A stretch of DNA of 64,000 nt from contig CM119270.1 in NCBI GenBank assembly GCA_051294375.1, positions 6,448,369 through 6,512,368 of the forward strand, read 5' to 3'. This document shows, piece by piece, positions 35,739 to 49,900 of the stretch; within the stretch, counting starts at the first letter, position 1; each line of letters starts with the position of its first letter. The notes below the pieces were generated by a model. It saw only the letters and a program-made list of their open reading frames with translations. It searched no databases and had not been told where the DNA came from. The translations under genes and the position numbers were made by a program. Source of the DNA: Paraspadella gotoi. Its lineage: Eukaryota > Animalia > Chaetognatha.

Positions 35739-38466
35739 CTCTTCTCTTCTCTCTCTCTCCCTCACTCTTTCCCTCTCCCACTTTCCTCCAAGGTTCGCAC
35801 CTCCGGCAAGCCCTCCCCCACCCTCACATGGAAGAAAGGCGCGACTGCTTTGGCGGGAATCCAAAACGATCGTGGAAACGTCTCGTCCAACATTCTCAAG
35901 TTCCGCCCCTCGTATCGCGACTTCGGAATGCCGCTCACTTGCGTCGTCTCTCACAGGCAAGGGGGCGCCACTCGGCATTGCAAAAAAATATACTGAAGAA
36001 AATTAAGAATATGTGAAAAGTCATTTAATTTTTGAGTATCAAATTTTGAAAGATTTATTGATTAATTGGAATGATTTACGTAAAAGCTATGAAAATTTTT
36101 TTTGTCGGATCAGAGTCACGTTGGAAAAAAAATGGGAGGCATTTTAAAAGTTTCAATTTTTGATCCGAAATATCTATATTTATATATTAATATTTATATT
36201 ATAACATAATCGCAATAAAATAAATTTTTTTAAAATTCATTCAGTCGATTCAGTCGGAAGCACAGCGAATATACTTATAATTTAATTATCTATGATGCAG
36301 GTTAATGACCTCAACTATAAATTGACTTATAAAAGTAAAACTTTTTTTCTTCTGAAAACCGATGTAGGGATTACGACAACAATTCCCTCCCTCTTCCAAC
36401 TTGCGGATACGAAAAGATCAACGTGAGATTCGGTCCTAGAATCGAATGCAACGGAAGGCAGATCGTTAGGCAGGAGGCGGAGTCATTCAAGGCAGCCTGC
36501 GGAGTCTATGCTTACCCTTCGGTCTCGGTCAAGGTGAGGTTTAAGGCACGAAAAAGGGAGCTTATTTACTCACTATTCAATGTAATTAGTACAAGCAATA
36601 TAAAAACTATCCGTTCATTTAATAAATAAGCTATCTTGCCCATGACTTTTGGCAGGCTTTGGTGGTTTAAGGCCTCCATCACTCTAATAATGACAGCAGG
36701 TCCCTGCAAGCTTTCAATCAATGTCGGGTTAACACGAAGAAGCAAGAGAAAATAGCGAAAATGGAGAAAGAAGACAACAAAGGAAAATAGAAGAGGAAAT
36801 AAAGACATTTTTTTAAACAGTTCAGTTGTTGCTGTCGTCGTTGTTTATGATACCCATTGCCCAGTATACTATGCAAGTTCACATTATTTTATGTAAAAAT
36901 GTTGATTTTGGAAATACCTCAGCAATCGTTAAATTGCTCTCTTTCCTTCCACATCCAATCTCCCAGGACATTTTCTGGTTCTACCGACGAGATGGCGAGC
37001 TGATCGAGCAGCAACAGGGCGCCACTTTCCGAACCCTTCACGGCACCGGTCGCACGGGCATCTTCGTCGAGCAGGTCTTCAACAAGTCGCTCTTCTCTTC
37101 GTCTCGTCCGACGCTTCGCACTCGACTCAAGGTCTACTCGCGTCTCGGCGGTCGGCCAGTCTTTAAAAACGTCTCGCTCTCTGTCGTGCACCATCCGCGG
37201 ATAGAGTGCCCGCCCGTACAGCTGCTGCAGCGCGGCGGCGAATCCGGCGAAGGCGGCGGCGTCGGCTGGCGACAAAACGTCTCCTTCTTCGTGTGGAGTT
37301 TCCCGCCGATCACGCCGGCGAACATCTCCTGGGAAATGACGGGAGGGATAGACGCGAGTGGCCTTAAGGTGAATCTGGGGAGAGACTAATGTATCAAAGT
37401 GAATATTGTTGTGAAGAGAAAAATGCTGTGAAGTAATTAATATTGTAAAGCTATCAATAATGTTAAGTGATGAGTTCTTTAATGTTGTGAAATGAGTTCA
37501 TAGCTTAGAAATAAATAGAAATTAGGATAATCTGGAAGCACATCTCCTCATCTAGCAAATCTTCACACACACACACACACATCAAAACGGCCCTTTTTTA
37601 CATGATAGCACGATCAGCCAATCAAACCCTTCTCCATTTATAATCAACCTATCAATTTGACGACGTTNNNNNNNNNNGAAATGAGTTCATAGCATAGAAA
37701 TAAATAGAAATTAGGATAATCTGGAAGCACATCTACTCATCTCGCAAATCTACACACACACACACACATCAAAACGGCCCTTTTTAACATGATAGCACGA
37801 TCAGCCAATCAAACCCTTCTCTATTTATAATCAACCAATCAATTTGACGACGTTTCCATTCAATCAACCTAATCCATCTCATATCTTTTTAAACCCAACT
37901 TATTCCCGCAACCCTCCCACCCGCGCCCACTTCTCCGTTCTCCCTCCAGATTCGTCGCGAACGCGACGACTTCGCCCACGTTCAAAGGCCGGGCGTACTC
38001 GTCAACATCCCACGTGGCCATTCCAAGACGCCACCTCCTCCCCCTCTCCTCCTCTTCCTCCTTCCACCTCACCCTCCACGCTCGCGGTTTATTCCGCTCC
38101 GCCTCCAAGAATCTCACGCTCAAACTGGTTCGATTCCGGGCGATCGGCGGCGAGGATCGAAACTCTCTCTCGCCCAGCGTCTCCTCCTCCTCTTCTTCTT
38201 CCTCCTCTTCTTCCTCCTCCTCTTCCTCCTATCCTCTTCCTCCTCAATCGACGGTCGTCGTCCTCGTCGCCGCCTCCGTTCTCCTCCTCCTCGTCGTCAC
38301 GGTCGTCGTCGTCCTGCTCCTCTTCCACCGGCGCGGCGTCCTCTGCTCATCGGCCGGGCTACGCGGCGCCGGGCCCGGGGGCGTGCCCGGCGTCCAGGGG
38401 TCGGCGTCGGCGTCGATGTGGCACTTTTCGCAGATGTCCTCTCCTGTGTCGACGCTCTACGAGTCG
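34092..38466 (+). CDS. Type I transmembrane immunoglobulin-superfamily receptor or adhesion protein with about 4 Ig-like domains (exons 34092-34432, 34629-34724, 35133-35376, 35793-35956, 36368-36533, 36967-37368, 37950-38466; last exon probably ends near 39139)
   Basis: Signal peptide MNLILFLVASLLFA; Ig1 GSTLTLEC..VVWVR..YTLTIPRVSFADDGIFKC; Ig2 AVFQCKVRTSGKPSPTLTWKK..DFGMPLTCVVSH; two further Ig-like units (CGVYAYP..IFW and VWSFPP..ISW); TM VVVLVAASVLLLLVVTVVVVLLLF followed by HRR. The first six exons are phase-consistent. The 37368/37950 junction is not, and that intron contains an assembly gap. Confidence 0.8.
36584..36719. repeat. Dispersed repeat family, copy 2 (intronic)
   Basis: Aligns by eye with 4704-4839. 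Confidence 0.8.
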
Positions 38467-38486
38467 GTGAGTTGGGAAAAAGGAAA

Positions 38487-38525
<39 letters not shown>

Positions 38526-39288
38526 AATTGATTTATCGAATGAACGATTTATTCAGTGATTGAGTGATTGATTGATCGATTTATTCAGTGATTGAGTGAT
38601 TTTTTTTATTGATTGATTAATACATTGACTTTATTTGAGTGATTGAATGATTGATGCGGTGATTTATTGTTAGAAATTTAAATAATTGCCTGATCGATCA
38701 GTTGAATTTTTGTTAAATTCAAATATTTATAAAACGATCGTCTTCTTGCTTGATTAATTAGCCTTATGTCGAATAGAGGATTTTTTAAACAAATTTTCGT
38801 TTGTTGCACAGAGAGTCAAGAATATTATTGTGTTTGTTTTTGTTTTTTTTTTCAAAGCATTCATGAGATTTTATCATCCAAAATGAACTCTTTTCAGTTT
38901 CGCGCTTCTTCTTTGACGATTCGATTCCAACTCAAACTCATCAGATCATCAAATCCATTTTGAAATTTTTTTTTTTAAAGTTTTCTTTTTTGAAATTTTT
39001 TTTTTTTTTTAGAGAAAATGGAGAGGAAAAAGTTAATGATGAAGGCAATAAAAAAAAGACGACGATGACGACGATGCTAACGATGACGACTACGTTATAC
39101 GAAGATGACTCGGATATCAATAACAACGACTTCGTGTGATGACCAGAAATATGTCGAGGAAGGGACGGACGAAATAGTGATTTAAGATGAAGATGATGAC
39201 GATGATAACGTTGACGCCGTTAGTGATTCTGTTCGATGACAATGACAAATCTGTCGATTAAAGTGAAGATTAAGGCGGAAAGGATAGG

Positions 39289-39321
<33 letters not shown>

Positions 39322-40544
39322 AACCATGCAAATGAAACCGAGAGATGAACCGGGAGGAAGAGGAGGAGGAGGAGAAAATAAGGGAAGAAGTGGATCGATG
39401 AAAAAGGTGATGTGAAGGGAAAGATGAAAATGAGATGAAAAGTGAGGTTGAGGGAAAGGTAAGTCTTAGGACGAGAGCGTAGGCAATGGCAAGCGCAAGG
39501 GCAAAGGCGAGGTCAAGGGCAAGAGAAAGGGCAAGGGTAAGGATAAAGGCGAGGTCAAGGGCAAGAGCAAGGGCAAGGGTAGGGACAAGTCAATGCCAAG
39601 GGCTCAGGCGGCGCTTCGATTCAAAGCCTGACGTCGTCCCTTCATTGATTCAAGTTTTTTTAGAAATATAAAAAAAAAAGCCACTTTTCCGAGTCTCGAA
39701 TCCTGAGAGGAGTTATAATTTTTGCACTGATGTGAAAGGACAGGGTCGATAAGATTGGTCGCATTGGTGTTGGTTGGCAGTAAGCTGGAGATTTGGTTTT
39801 GCGACAACTTAAAAATATTATTTTATATATTTCAAAATAAGCGTTATTGAATTTCAATTGATCTGTACGTATGATCATCCGTCTCCTCTCTCTCTTATCC
39901 CGCGTCCTCTAGTTATCCTTCACCCTCTGGTTCCGTGTCTCTCTCCCCTCTCTCTTCTCTCTCCTCTCTCCTTCTCTCGTCTCTCTCCGTGGTCTCCGTC
40001 CTCTCTTTCTCCTTCCTCACTCTCTCTCTGACTCCTCTCTCTCTCGTCTCTCTCTCTCTCTCTTCCTCTCTTCTCTCTCTCTCTCCCTCCTCTCGCTCAC
40101 TTCCCCTCACCCTCTTCCATTTCTCGGCGACACAACAACGACGACACGACGTCGCCGGACCCATCGTTCGCGGGATGAATCGAGCCGACCCATGAGCGAC
40201 GTGGAGGCAAATGAGGCCTTGACAAGTTCGACGGGCGTTGGTGGAAGGTGATGGTGGGAGTGAGGGCAAATGGCGATGGTGGCGCGGGGTTTTGGGGGAG
40301 GTGCGAGCTTTGAGTGCGATGGGATGAAATCGGGAGCGGAAACGAAGACTAATGAATCGTACAGAAGATGGATGGGAGAAGAAAGGAAAAAAACAAAGGA
40401 TTGTAAGTGAGAGTTGAACGATAGTGAGACGAGAGTAAAGTGACGGCAGGCAGAATAATCCATTAATGATCGAAATTTGGAGAATTCGAGATTGATTCAA
40501 GAAAGAAGAAAGAAAGAAAGAAAGACAGAAATGAAAGAAAGAAA

Positions 40545-40577
<33 letters not shown>

Positions 40578-40808
40578 GAACGAGAGTGACAGAGAGAGAG
40601 AGAGAGAGAAAGAGAGAATGAGAACGAGAGAAATGAAGGAGAGGAGAGAGAGAGAGAGCAAGAGAGAGAGAGAGAGAGAGGAGAGAGAGCGAAGAGGAGA
40701 GAGAGAGNNNNNNNNNNNNNNNNNNNNNNNNNNNNNNNNNNNNNNNNNNNNNNNNNNNNNNNNNNNNNNNNNNNNNNNNNNNNNNNNNNNNNNNNNNNNN
40801 NNNNNNNN

Positions 40809-40844
<36 letters not shown>

Positions 40845-41728
40845 GCAATGACAAAGAGAAAGAGGGCGTTGACCCGTCAGACGGATCACCGATATGCCCG
40901 TTCGATACTTATCTTATAAGAAACAGTCACTTGTCAAATTGGTAACTCTTTTCCTCACTCATTCTGACCATATTTTCATAGTTTATCACAATTGCGTCAT
41001 GTTTAAGGAGCGATAGAGTTAATGAAATAACAAATAAAATTTACAATTTAAACCCGATAGATTTTTATCTTGTCAGGAAGAACCTCAACGTAATCCTGAC
41101 AATTTTCATACGTATATACTTACTCCTTAGTCTTGTTCGCCATCTTAGTTGCTCTTCATAATTCCGCTTGAAAAATCTTTGACTCTCGTATCTTTTTCTC
41201 CTCAAAAATTTGGGGGGAAAAATGGCGACGACGACGACGACAACGACGACGACGACAGACTTTTCAACGCGAGGGAAAATCACTGACCTCAGAAGGGGGG
41301 GGTCAGTTTCTTTGGCAGGGATTAGGGAAGGAAAAGCGGGGAGGGGCATGGAAGAGTGAGTGGGGGAGTGTGAGATCTTAGGGTAAAACCATTCGGTCCT
41401 GTGTTTCCCTTGGGAGGTCCTACTTATGGGTTGGGGAGGGTATGAAAGGAAAGCAAAGTGCAAGCGGCCCAAGCGAAGGCTCCACGAAAAAGCTTAAGCG
41501 GCTTGGAATATTTAAGGGCGAGAGTTTGCGCTCCGGATTTTCGTCTGTTGGGAGATTTCCAACACGAGATTCAGACACTTACCCACAATCCATGAATCCG
41601 GATAAACAAACTGTTGGCATCGGGCTGACTCTATTCGTTCCCTTTCAAATTTTTCTCTCCGTTTTCCGGAAGAAGAAAAAATTTCATTGAACTGAATTTC
41701 GACCGAGAAAAAAAAAACCGAATTCAGC

Positions 41729-41772
<44 letters not shown>

Positions 41773-43283
41773 CGATGAGAGAGATGGAGAAAGAGGAGAC
41801 GAGAGAGAGAGAGAGAGAAAGAGGAGAGAAGAGAGAGAGAGAGAGAGGAGAGAGAGAGAAAGATGAGAAGAGAAGGGAGAGAAGAGAGAGAGAGATAGAG
41901 AAAAAAGGGGTGAAAAGGATGCTGTTAGCGTGAGAGGAAAAAACATTTTTTATCGAATTGGTCGACAAAAACAGAGAGAGAGAGAGAGAGAGAGAGAAGA
42001 GGATGAGAGAAGAATGAGAGAGAGAGAGAGAAAGAGAGAAGAGAGAGAGAGAGAGGAGNNNNNNNNNNNNNNNNNNNNNNNNNNNNNNNNNNNNNNNNNN
42101 NNNNNNNNNNNNNNNNNNNNNNNNNNNNNNNNNNNNNNNNNNNNNNNNNNNNNNNNNNNNNNNNNNNNNNNNNNNNNNNNNNNNNNNNNNNNNNNGGAGA
42201 AGGAAAGTAAAACGAGGAGAGTGTGGAAGAAAAAGGGGAGGGAAAAGGAAAGGGGAAATATGAGAAGAGGAATAGAATTGGTGAGAAGTCGTGAGTTGAG
42301 ATTTGGACAAAAATGGTGAGGAAAGTGGGAAAAGGGAAATATATTTTGAACAGTAATAGAAAAGAGAGGAAATAAGTAAGTTCGGCAATGAAATAAATCA
42401 AAAGAGAAAAGCGACGGAAAAAATAAACAAAGAAAAATTAAAAGAAAGAAAAGATGAAAAAAAAATGAGAAAATAATTGAAAATATTTAAAATTAAAAAA
42501 ATATATAAAACATTGGTGAAAAAAAATTCGCACGAATTCTCTCAACCAAATATGTAAATCAAAAGTTGAATAATTTACTCATTATTAAAATTTAGGCGAG
42601 AAAAAAAATATTTAAAAAAAAATTTCGTTTGACATTTTGACATTTTTGTCGACTTTTTTCGTTGTCGTTGTTGTCGTTGGAAATTTCGTTCATTACTGCA
42701 AAAAATAGTTTTATTTGTTTTTTCTCAGTTGTTAATTTTTTTTTGTTATCGCTTATTTTATACTTTATTTTGTCTCAAGATTATCATTTTATTATTTTCT
42801 TTATTTTAATTCTACCCTTACTATTTTCTATCAATTTTCCGATTTTTTTCCTTTCCTGCTATTTTCCTCCTTTCTCATCCGCCTCCTCCAGACTCTTTTA
42901 CGACTCCACCCTCTCTTACAACTCCTCATCCTCCTCTTCCCCTTCCTCCTCCTCTTCCTCCTCTTTTTTTTACGCCTCTTCCTCTTCCTCCTCTCATCCA
43001 GATTAACTTTTCCGTTTTCACCTCCGGAATCCTTTTTTTTTTCCTTCGAAAAAATCTTCCTCTTCTTTTAACCTCTCTATGACCCCTTCTCCTTTTAAAC
43101 CATGTATCACTTCTCTTACGCCGACTTCTCTATGAAATCCTCTCTCGCCCACGGACCTCTCTATTACTCTTCCATACATCATCGGTTACCCTCATTCTTT
43201 TCTAAATCCTCCGTCTTTAGTTCATTATTCTTCCCTTTTCTTTTTTTATTTATTTTCCATTTTCTTTCTTTATTTTTTTTCTT

Positions 43284-43355
<72 letters not shown>

Positions 43356-43601
43356 TATATCTTTCTTTCTTTCTTTCTCTCTTTCTTTCTTTTTTTCTTT
43401 CTATCTTTCTTTCTTTCTTTTTTTTTTCTTTCTTTTATAACCATTTTTAAAGTTTGTCTGTTTGACACAACCACATTTTATCATCACTTATCTTCTAATC
43501 TAAAAGATTCGTCCTTTCACCCACCAAGTCAGAAGTCCTGTTTATATCAAATATCAAAAATCTAATAGTGGCGAAACGGAGAGTGAGACAATAAGAGTTG
43601 A

Positions 43602-43643
<42 letters not shown>

Positions 43644-44166
43644 AGATTTTGGTCCATTTAAAACGATATTTTTGCGATTGAGTCTGCTAATGTCGAGACG
43701 AAGAAGAAATATAAACAGAAGAAGGCTGTAAAATAAGAGAGAGAGAGAGAGAGAGAAAGAGACGAGACGAGAGAGAGAGAGAGAAGAGAGACGGAGGACG
43801 AGAGAGAGAGTAGAGATGGATTGGGAAATTTTCACGTTCTGAGGGATTGATCGAGGGACATCATTAAGGCGAATCGGAGGCAGTGGAACAACGCCCGGGG
43901 GAAATTCGATGGGACGGAGGAATGAAAGGGAATTAAAGAGAATGAAAAAAAAGGAGAAAAAAGGAAAAGAAAGGAAAGAATAAAAAGAATAAAAAAAGAA
44001 GAATTTAAATTTAAAAAGAATAAAAGCGACTAAAAGTAATTAAAAAAGGGGGCGTAGACAATACATGAGTGCAAAAAAAAAGTAATGATAATTCGAAACA
44101 AACGATTATAATTCCATGAATAAGTTGACAGAGAGGGAGAGAGGTGAGAGAGAGAGAGGATGAGAA

Positions 44167-44210
<44 letters not shown>

Positions 44211-44806
44211 TTCAGGCGCCATCTGGCTCCACTTCGTTGAAGTAGATAACGCCGGAATGACAATTTTAATCGGTCTCACGTTTTGTCTTTTTTCGTTCCA
44301 TTCCTTTTTCTCTACCTCTCTCTGTTTAATCCTTTCTTCCTAATTACTCTTTTTCTTATTAATTTTTTGCTTATGTTTTATTTTCACTACTCTCTACTTT
44401 TTTGTTTTGATTTTGCCCTGTTTTCTTTTTTAATACGGTTCCGAAGTTTTATGACAAAGCATAAATCGAAAGCAAAATTTAAAAAAAAGCTTAGGAAAAA
44501 TTAAAAAAAAAGAAACGCGCTTATTTCAAATTTCCATTTGAAAGTCATACAATTCAAAATTTGTAAATTGAAGCTTAAAAATGTATTAGAGTGGAAATGG
44601 AAGAGGCCAGGCCCATATGGTCGACTCGAGCCTCTTCAAAATGCAAATAACTGGAACTACAAGTACACATAACCATGTAACCACCCCCATCCCAAGTTGT
44701 AGTTTATTTTTTTATGGTTTTTGTTTCACATTATCAATTCTCCTTTTACTCATGTCATCTAATCTTGAGTGCGAGCGCATAGGATTTCGAGAATCTGCGA
44801 AGAAAT

Positions 44807-44839
<33 letters not shown>

Positions 44840-45516
44840 GCCCTTTTGACCCTAAAGGCAGCTGAGTTTTCATTACTCGTCGAATTTTTTTTTTCCTTTT
44901 CGTCTTTTGTATTTTTTTTCGTAGAGAAAAACCTCATAGCGACAAATCAGTAGTTTTTTTTCTTCTCGGTACAAGGGATACTATTTTTTCCCTTTTTTAT
45001 TCGATCCTTTTCTTTTGTTTGATGAATGCATCAAAGTAACAATGTATCTATTAAAAGATGGAAGTTAACTTTAGTTCTTGAAAAAAATACTTTTGAATGC
45101 TTATTATTTTATTTCACTAAAGTTTTCCATAAATTATTTTTGATTCATTCAAAAAATAACATTGGAAAATGCTTTTTTTACAACCTAATCACTTTCAAAC
45201 GACTTAAATTAAAAGACCATAACAATAAATCTTGTTATGTATCAAAGTGGAGAAAACAACTTATTTCAAATCGATCGTAATACGATTCGTAATCCCGATT
45301 AATTTTACGAACCAGTATGAAGACGAGAAATCCTCGGGCTTAAAATTTTATTTCAAAAACTATCATTTTAAAAAGACAAACAGTTCCCTCTCTTTTTTTT
45401 TGTCGGAACTTTCATTAGTCGACGTTTTCGCTTTTTATTTTTTGTCAAGCAACGACCGCCATCCTTATCGACGCCGTCCTTGCAATTTTCTTCGTCGTCT
45501 GTATTGATTTGAGTCA

Positions 45517-47869
45517 ATGACGACCTACGTCGACGTCGAAGTTCCCCGCGTCTCATTGGACGCCGAAGAACGTGCTCTCGACCATTCAGAAGCGTCGGAA
45601 TTGCGAGTAAAACCTGAGGAGTCAGATTTTAGGGAACAACGAGAGTCGAATTTGCAATCGGAAGACAAACGTTCAGGTGGAAATCAGAAATATGAAAAGG
45701 TTCAGTTTGGATTAAATAAACGAACCTTAATTTGTTTTTAATTGAATATATTTTTTTCTCTGTTTTGAATTCATGTTGGTTTAAATTTTTTTTCCATCAG
45801 AGCCATGGATTTCGTTGTCGCCGACTTCTTGGTGGTTCACCATCGTTCTCTCTTTCATTTTCGTGGTGATTCTTTTGTCTACATTTCATTTCGTTTCCAA
45901 CATGTGGCGCTGTAAATCGTGCGAAGTTTCATCGCCAGTTGGAGGTCAGGAATGTATACGGCAAAAACAATAATAGTCGTTAACGTTTTATTTATTTATT
46001 TGATTGCATTTTACAAAGCAGCAAGATTCATTGATTTTGACAGGCTCGAACATGGCCAATGATCAGTCCCACGTTCCTAAATTCCTCCAAAAAATTATGG
46101 CGGAGTCGAAAGAACCTGCAATCGTACACCAAAATATTGACGCCCTTGACGAAAAGAACGAGAGAGAAGGAGTCAACGATGGAGAGGGAGACGAGTTTAA
46201 AGAGTTGATCGACAGTCACGTGACCAGTTTAGAATCGATGCTTGAAAAATTTAACGTCAATTTTCGGGAAATGAATAACGATTTAAAGATTTTGTTCAGC
46301 CAAGGTTTAATGGAAATAAAAATGGAATACGACGAAAAATTAACGAAGGTCGTAAAATATTTTTTGGGCAATCTCACTAAACTCTCGCGAAATTCAAAGA
46401 TGGATCATTCGGTCTCGTTGACCGAATCGGTGGACGCGTTGGTAAACGCCACAAAAGTGTTGAGGTCTCTGAAGAACGGCCGATTGGTCGAGAATGAGTT
46501 TCTTTTAGATCGAATGAAACAGTTGGCGGAAAACGTAAGTTTGGGATTCGAAAAAGTGATACGATTTTTGAAGGAGTCCCGAGAAGAAAACCCAAATTTC
46601 AAACGAGGAAACGATCAATTGCAGATTATGGGCAACCTCACCATTTCTGCAGCCGAAGCGTTGGAAACATCTTTATCGAGGCAACGTTTTCAAGAATACA
46701 GAAATCCCTCAAACCCCGAATCGATTCCCATCGAATCTGACCAGATCAAATTTAGTCAGACGATTTGCGTGCCGAATGGAGCTTGCTACGAGGTCTCTTT
46801 AAACGCCTCCGCGTGGTCGGAGGCTCGTGACCAATGCCATCGGCTTGGATCTCGTTTGGTCCACATCAACGGTTTGGCAGAAAATGCAGAAATGGAAAAG
46901 CTGGGCTCGGGAGAATTCTGGATCGGAGGTCGTTATTTGAGAAACGGATGGAAATGGATTGGTACTAATGAAACGAGTGAGATGGAATTCACCGATTGGC
47001 GGGACGGTAAAAACGAAACCAGCCAAGGATCCAATCTTTGCGCGAAATACCAGAGCGTCCGAGCCACGCCTCGAAAATGGAAACCGGCCGACTGTTACCA
47101 TCGGAAACAGTTCGTTTGCGAATTCCAAACCGAAAACGGTTCTTCCGACAATTCAATCTCGAGGCGCGTCTGCGTCGATTCTGACAGAGTTCGCGTTTCC
47201 ATGGCGACCGAATGCTTCGCCTTCGTTCAGACTCAATTGGTTCGCGACGACGCGGAAAATTTTTGTCGCGAGAGGCTGAACGGTTCGCTAGCGAATCTCG
47301 ATGCGATGGGGAAGAGAATGTCTCTTTTCGCGATGGAATCGCAAAAGTTGAGACCCGGTTCCGTCTGGCGAACGAGAAAGAGTTCAGTTCCGTTAATTCC
47401 ATCGCGGACGAGCAATCTCACCTTTCATCAGCCCGAGCGATCGAAAGGAAAGATCGAAGGTTTGGTCAAGTACAATGATTACTTTGTTGCGGCCGAAGGT
47501 TGGGACGAAAACGATGCCAAGGTCGCCTGTCGAGAATTGGGTTTGCCTTATATCGAACTTTTGAAAAAAATATTGCCTCTAACAAGAGCAAACAAGAAAC
47601 TTGTGCAACTCATATGCACTGGCGACGAGCAATCTCTTGCTGAATGTCAGTTCGAATACGACTACGATTATTATTCCGATTATTATTATGATTACAATGA
47701 CTTCGGAAGAGTGTCGGACGTATTATTGGCCGGAGCGATTTGCGGTACGTCGCTAAATGTTTTCGGTTTTGGAGAAACGAACGGAAATTGGAAATACGTT
47801 TTCGAAGAGCGAGATGACGATTGGGAGTGGTTCGTGTGTCAGTTGAATGATGACACCAATGTCGGTTAA
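45517..47869 (+). CDS. Type II membrane C-type lectin / SRCR receptor, ~709 aa (exons 45517-45676, 45801-45944, 46044-47869)
   Basis: Cytoplasmic N-terminus starting MTTYVDV; TM WWFTIVLSFIFVVILL in exon 2; helical neck; CTLD ACY..WSEARDQC..LVHI..EFWIGG..WKW..FTDW..C..W..DC..FVCE; start of a second CTLD CFAF..AENFC..GSLANL; SRCR-like GWDENDAKVACRELG..CTGDEQSLAEC..AGAIC. Both junctions are phase-1 GT-AG. Confidence 0.88.
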
Positions 47870-48524
47870 ACGATGACATTTTGTTTGTCTGAGAAAAGTT
47901 GATCGAAAACTCTTTGTTTTAAATTCGATTTCATTCTTTTTTCTTTTATTTAATAATTGTTTAGTGGTAAATTTTATATATTTTCGGTTTGGTAAATCGA
48001 TTGAATTGCAAATTTCAATTTTTTTTCATTTAGCTAAATGACAGTGAGCGCGACAACTCACACGGATTAGATAAAGAAATATTTATTAGAAAGTAGTTTA
48101 TAAACAAAACGAAGTCCTTTATTGACCAAATTCAAAAAGTTTGTGGCAGAGTGAAAATAAGAATTATAAGATTTAAAATTTCATCTAATGTTATAGAGAG
48201 TTAACAACCTTAACTAAAATGGCAACAAATAACGAACGTCTCTGAAACGCCGTCCGGGCAACATTTTCCTTCCGACTCGGTAAAGGCTAAAACTATGACG
48301 GATTCGGCGCCATCTTGTTTCCTCCTCCTCCAATAAAAACGAGTTAATGGTCGCAGATGCATCAACATCTTTTTCTTAGTTTTTATCACTTTTTTATCCC
48401 TTCGCTATTGCGTTATAGACCACTACTACTAACTAATAAAAATTTCCCGCCAAGCTCGAGCGGTTTTACTTTTTTTTAAAGAAAAAATCCTTTCTTTCAC
48501 CATCATTACTCTCTCTCTCTCTCA

Positions 48525-48558
<34 letters not shown>

Positions 48559-48672
48559 GCTTTCTCTCTTTCTCTGCTCTCTTTCTTCTTCTTCTCCTCT
48601 CTCTCTCTCTCTCTCTCTCTACTCCTCTCTCTTCTCTCTCTCATCTCTCTCTCCTCTCTCCCTCTCTTCTCT

Positions 48673-48704
<32 letters not shown>

Positions 48705-49079
48705 ACTCTTCTCTCGCTTTCCTCTCTACTCTCTCTCTTCTCCTCTCTCTCGTCTCTTCCACCAGCTTCGAGTCAATGGAGTCGAAAAACGTGGCCGCCA
48801 CCCATTTTTCTTTTCTTTTTTTCCCTTTTTTTTCGTTTCGTTTTCCCTTTTGCTACTCTTCCCCGACTCTGCTTCCTCTTCTCTTTCCCTTTGACGATAA
48901 TTTTTTTCCTCCACTCCACTTTCTTTACGCTCCCCTTCCTCTAACCCTTCTAGTCTTACTCTGTTAATCTCACATGTTATCTGCTCTAATTATGTTTATT
49001 GTTGTTTTGTTGTTTCTAAATGTCCAGCTTCCGCCATATGTATATTTTTTCGTTTTTCTTCTTGTTTTTTGTTTTACCT

Positions 49080-49148
<69 letters not shown>

Positions 49149-49529
49149 CCCAACCCCTCCTTCCCCCTCTTCTTCTCCCCCCATTCGGTCAACATCTGTC
49201 TCTCTAAATAGTCTTTTCCCTAATAGTCTTTCCCGCCCCCCCATTTTCTCCTCTCCCTCTCTTTCCTCTCCAGACCTTTTCATTTATTTCCTTATATCAA
49301 CTAGTTTCCTCGTCTGCAATCTCCATCGATCCAAATTTACTCTCTCTCGCTCATTTCTTCCTAGACTTACCCCAGCGAACTTTCTTTTTCTAATCTCATT
49401 TCATTCTCATTTCATTCTCTTTTATTTTCTTTTATCTTTCTTCTCCATTTCATAATCATTCAATCAGCTCTCACGTAATTTCTTTTCTTATTTTTCTCTC
49501 ACATTCATATTCTCATGCACCACACTCTC

Positions 49530-49900
49530 CTTTTTTGTTTTCTTCTTCCTCCCTCTCTTCTCACCTGATCCTTCCCAACTTTTCTCCCCCTCTTCTTCCT
49601 TTTTTGTTTTCTTTTTTCTCCCTCTCTTCTCACCTAATCCTTCCCCACTTTCCTACCCCTCTTCCTCCCTTTTTTGTTTTCTTCTTCCTTCCTCTCTTCC
49701 CACCTGATCCTTCCACACTTTTCTCTCCCTCTTACTCCCTTTTTTGTTTTCTTCTTCCTCCCTCTCTTTTCACCTGATCCTTCCTCACTTTCCTCCCCCC
49801 TTCCTTCTTTTTTGTCTTCTTCTTTCTCCCTCTCTTCTCACCTGATCCTTCCCCACTTTCCTCCGACTCTTCCTCCCTTTTTTTGTTTTCTTCTACCTCC
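49530..49900. repeat. ~70-bp pyrimidine-rich minisatellite, ~5 copies
   Basis: CACCTRATCCTTCC recurs at ~49562, 49631, 49701, 49771 and 49839. Confidence 0.85.

Noticed and set aside
37489-37857. ~180-bp tandem duplication in an Ig-gene intron
   Set aside because: The copies abut a 10-N gap, typical of unmerged contig ends. The gap may hide the exon needed to fix the 37368/37950 phase mismatch.
41124-41143. Possible first exon ATGGCGAACAAGACTAAGGA|GTAAGT on the minus strand
   Set aside because: No phase-compatible downstream exon was found; nearby acceptors give early stops.
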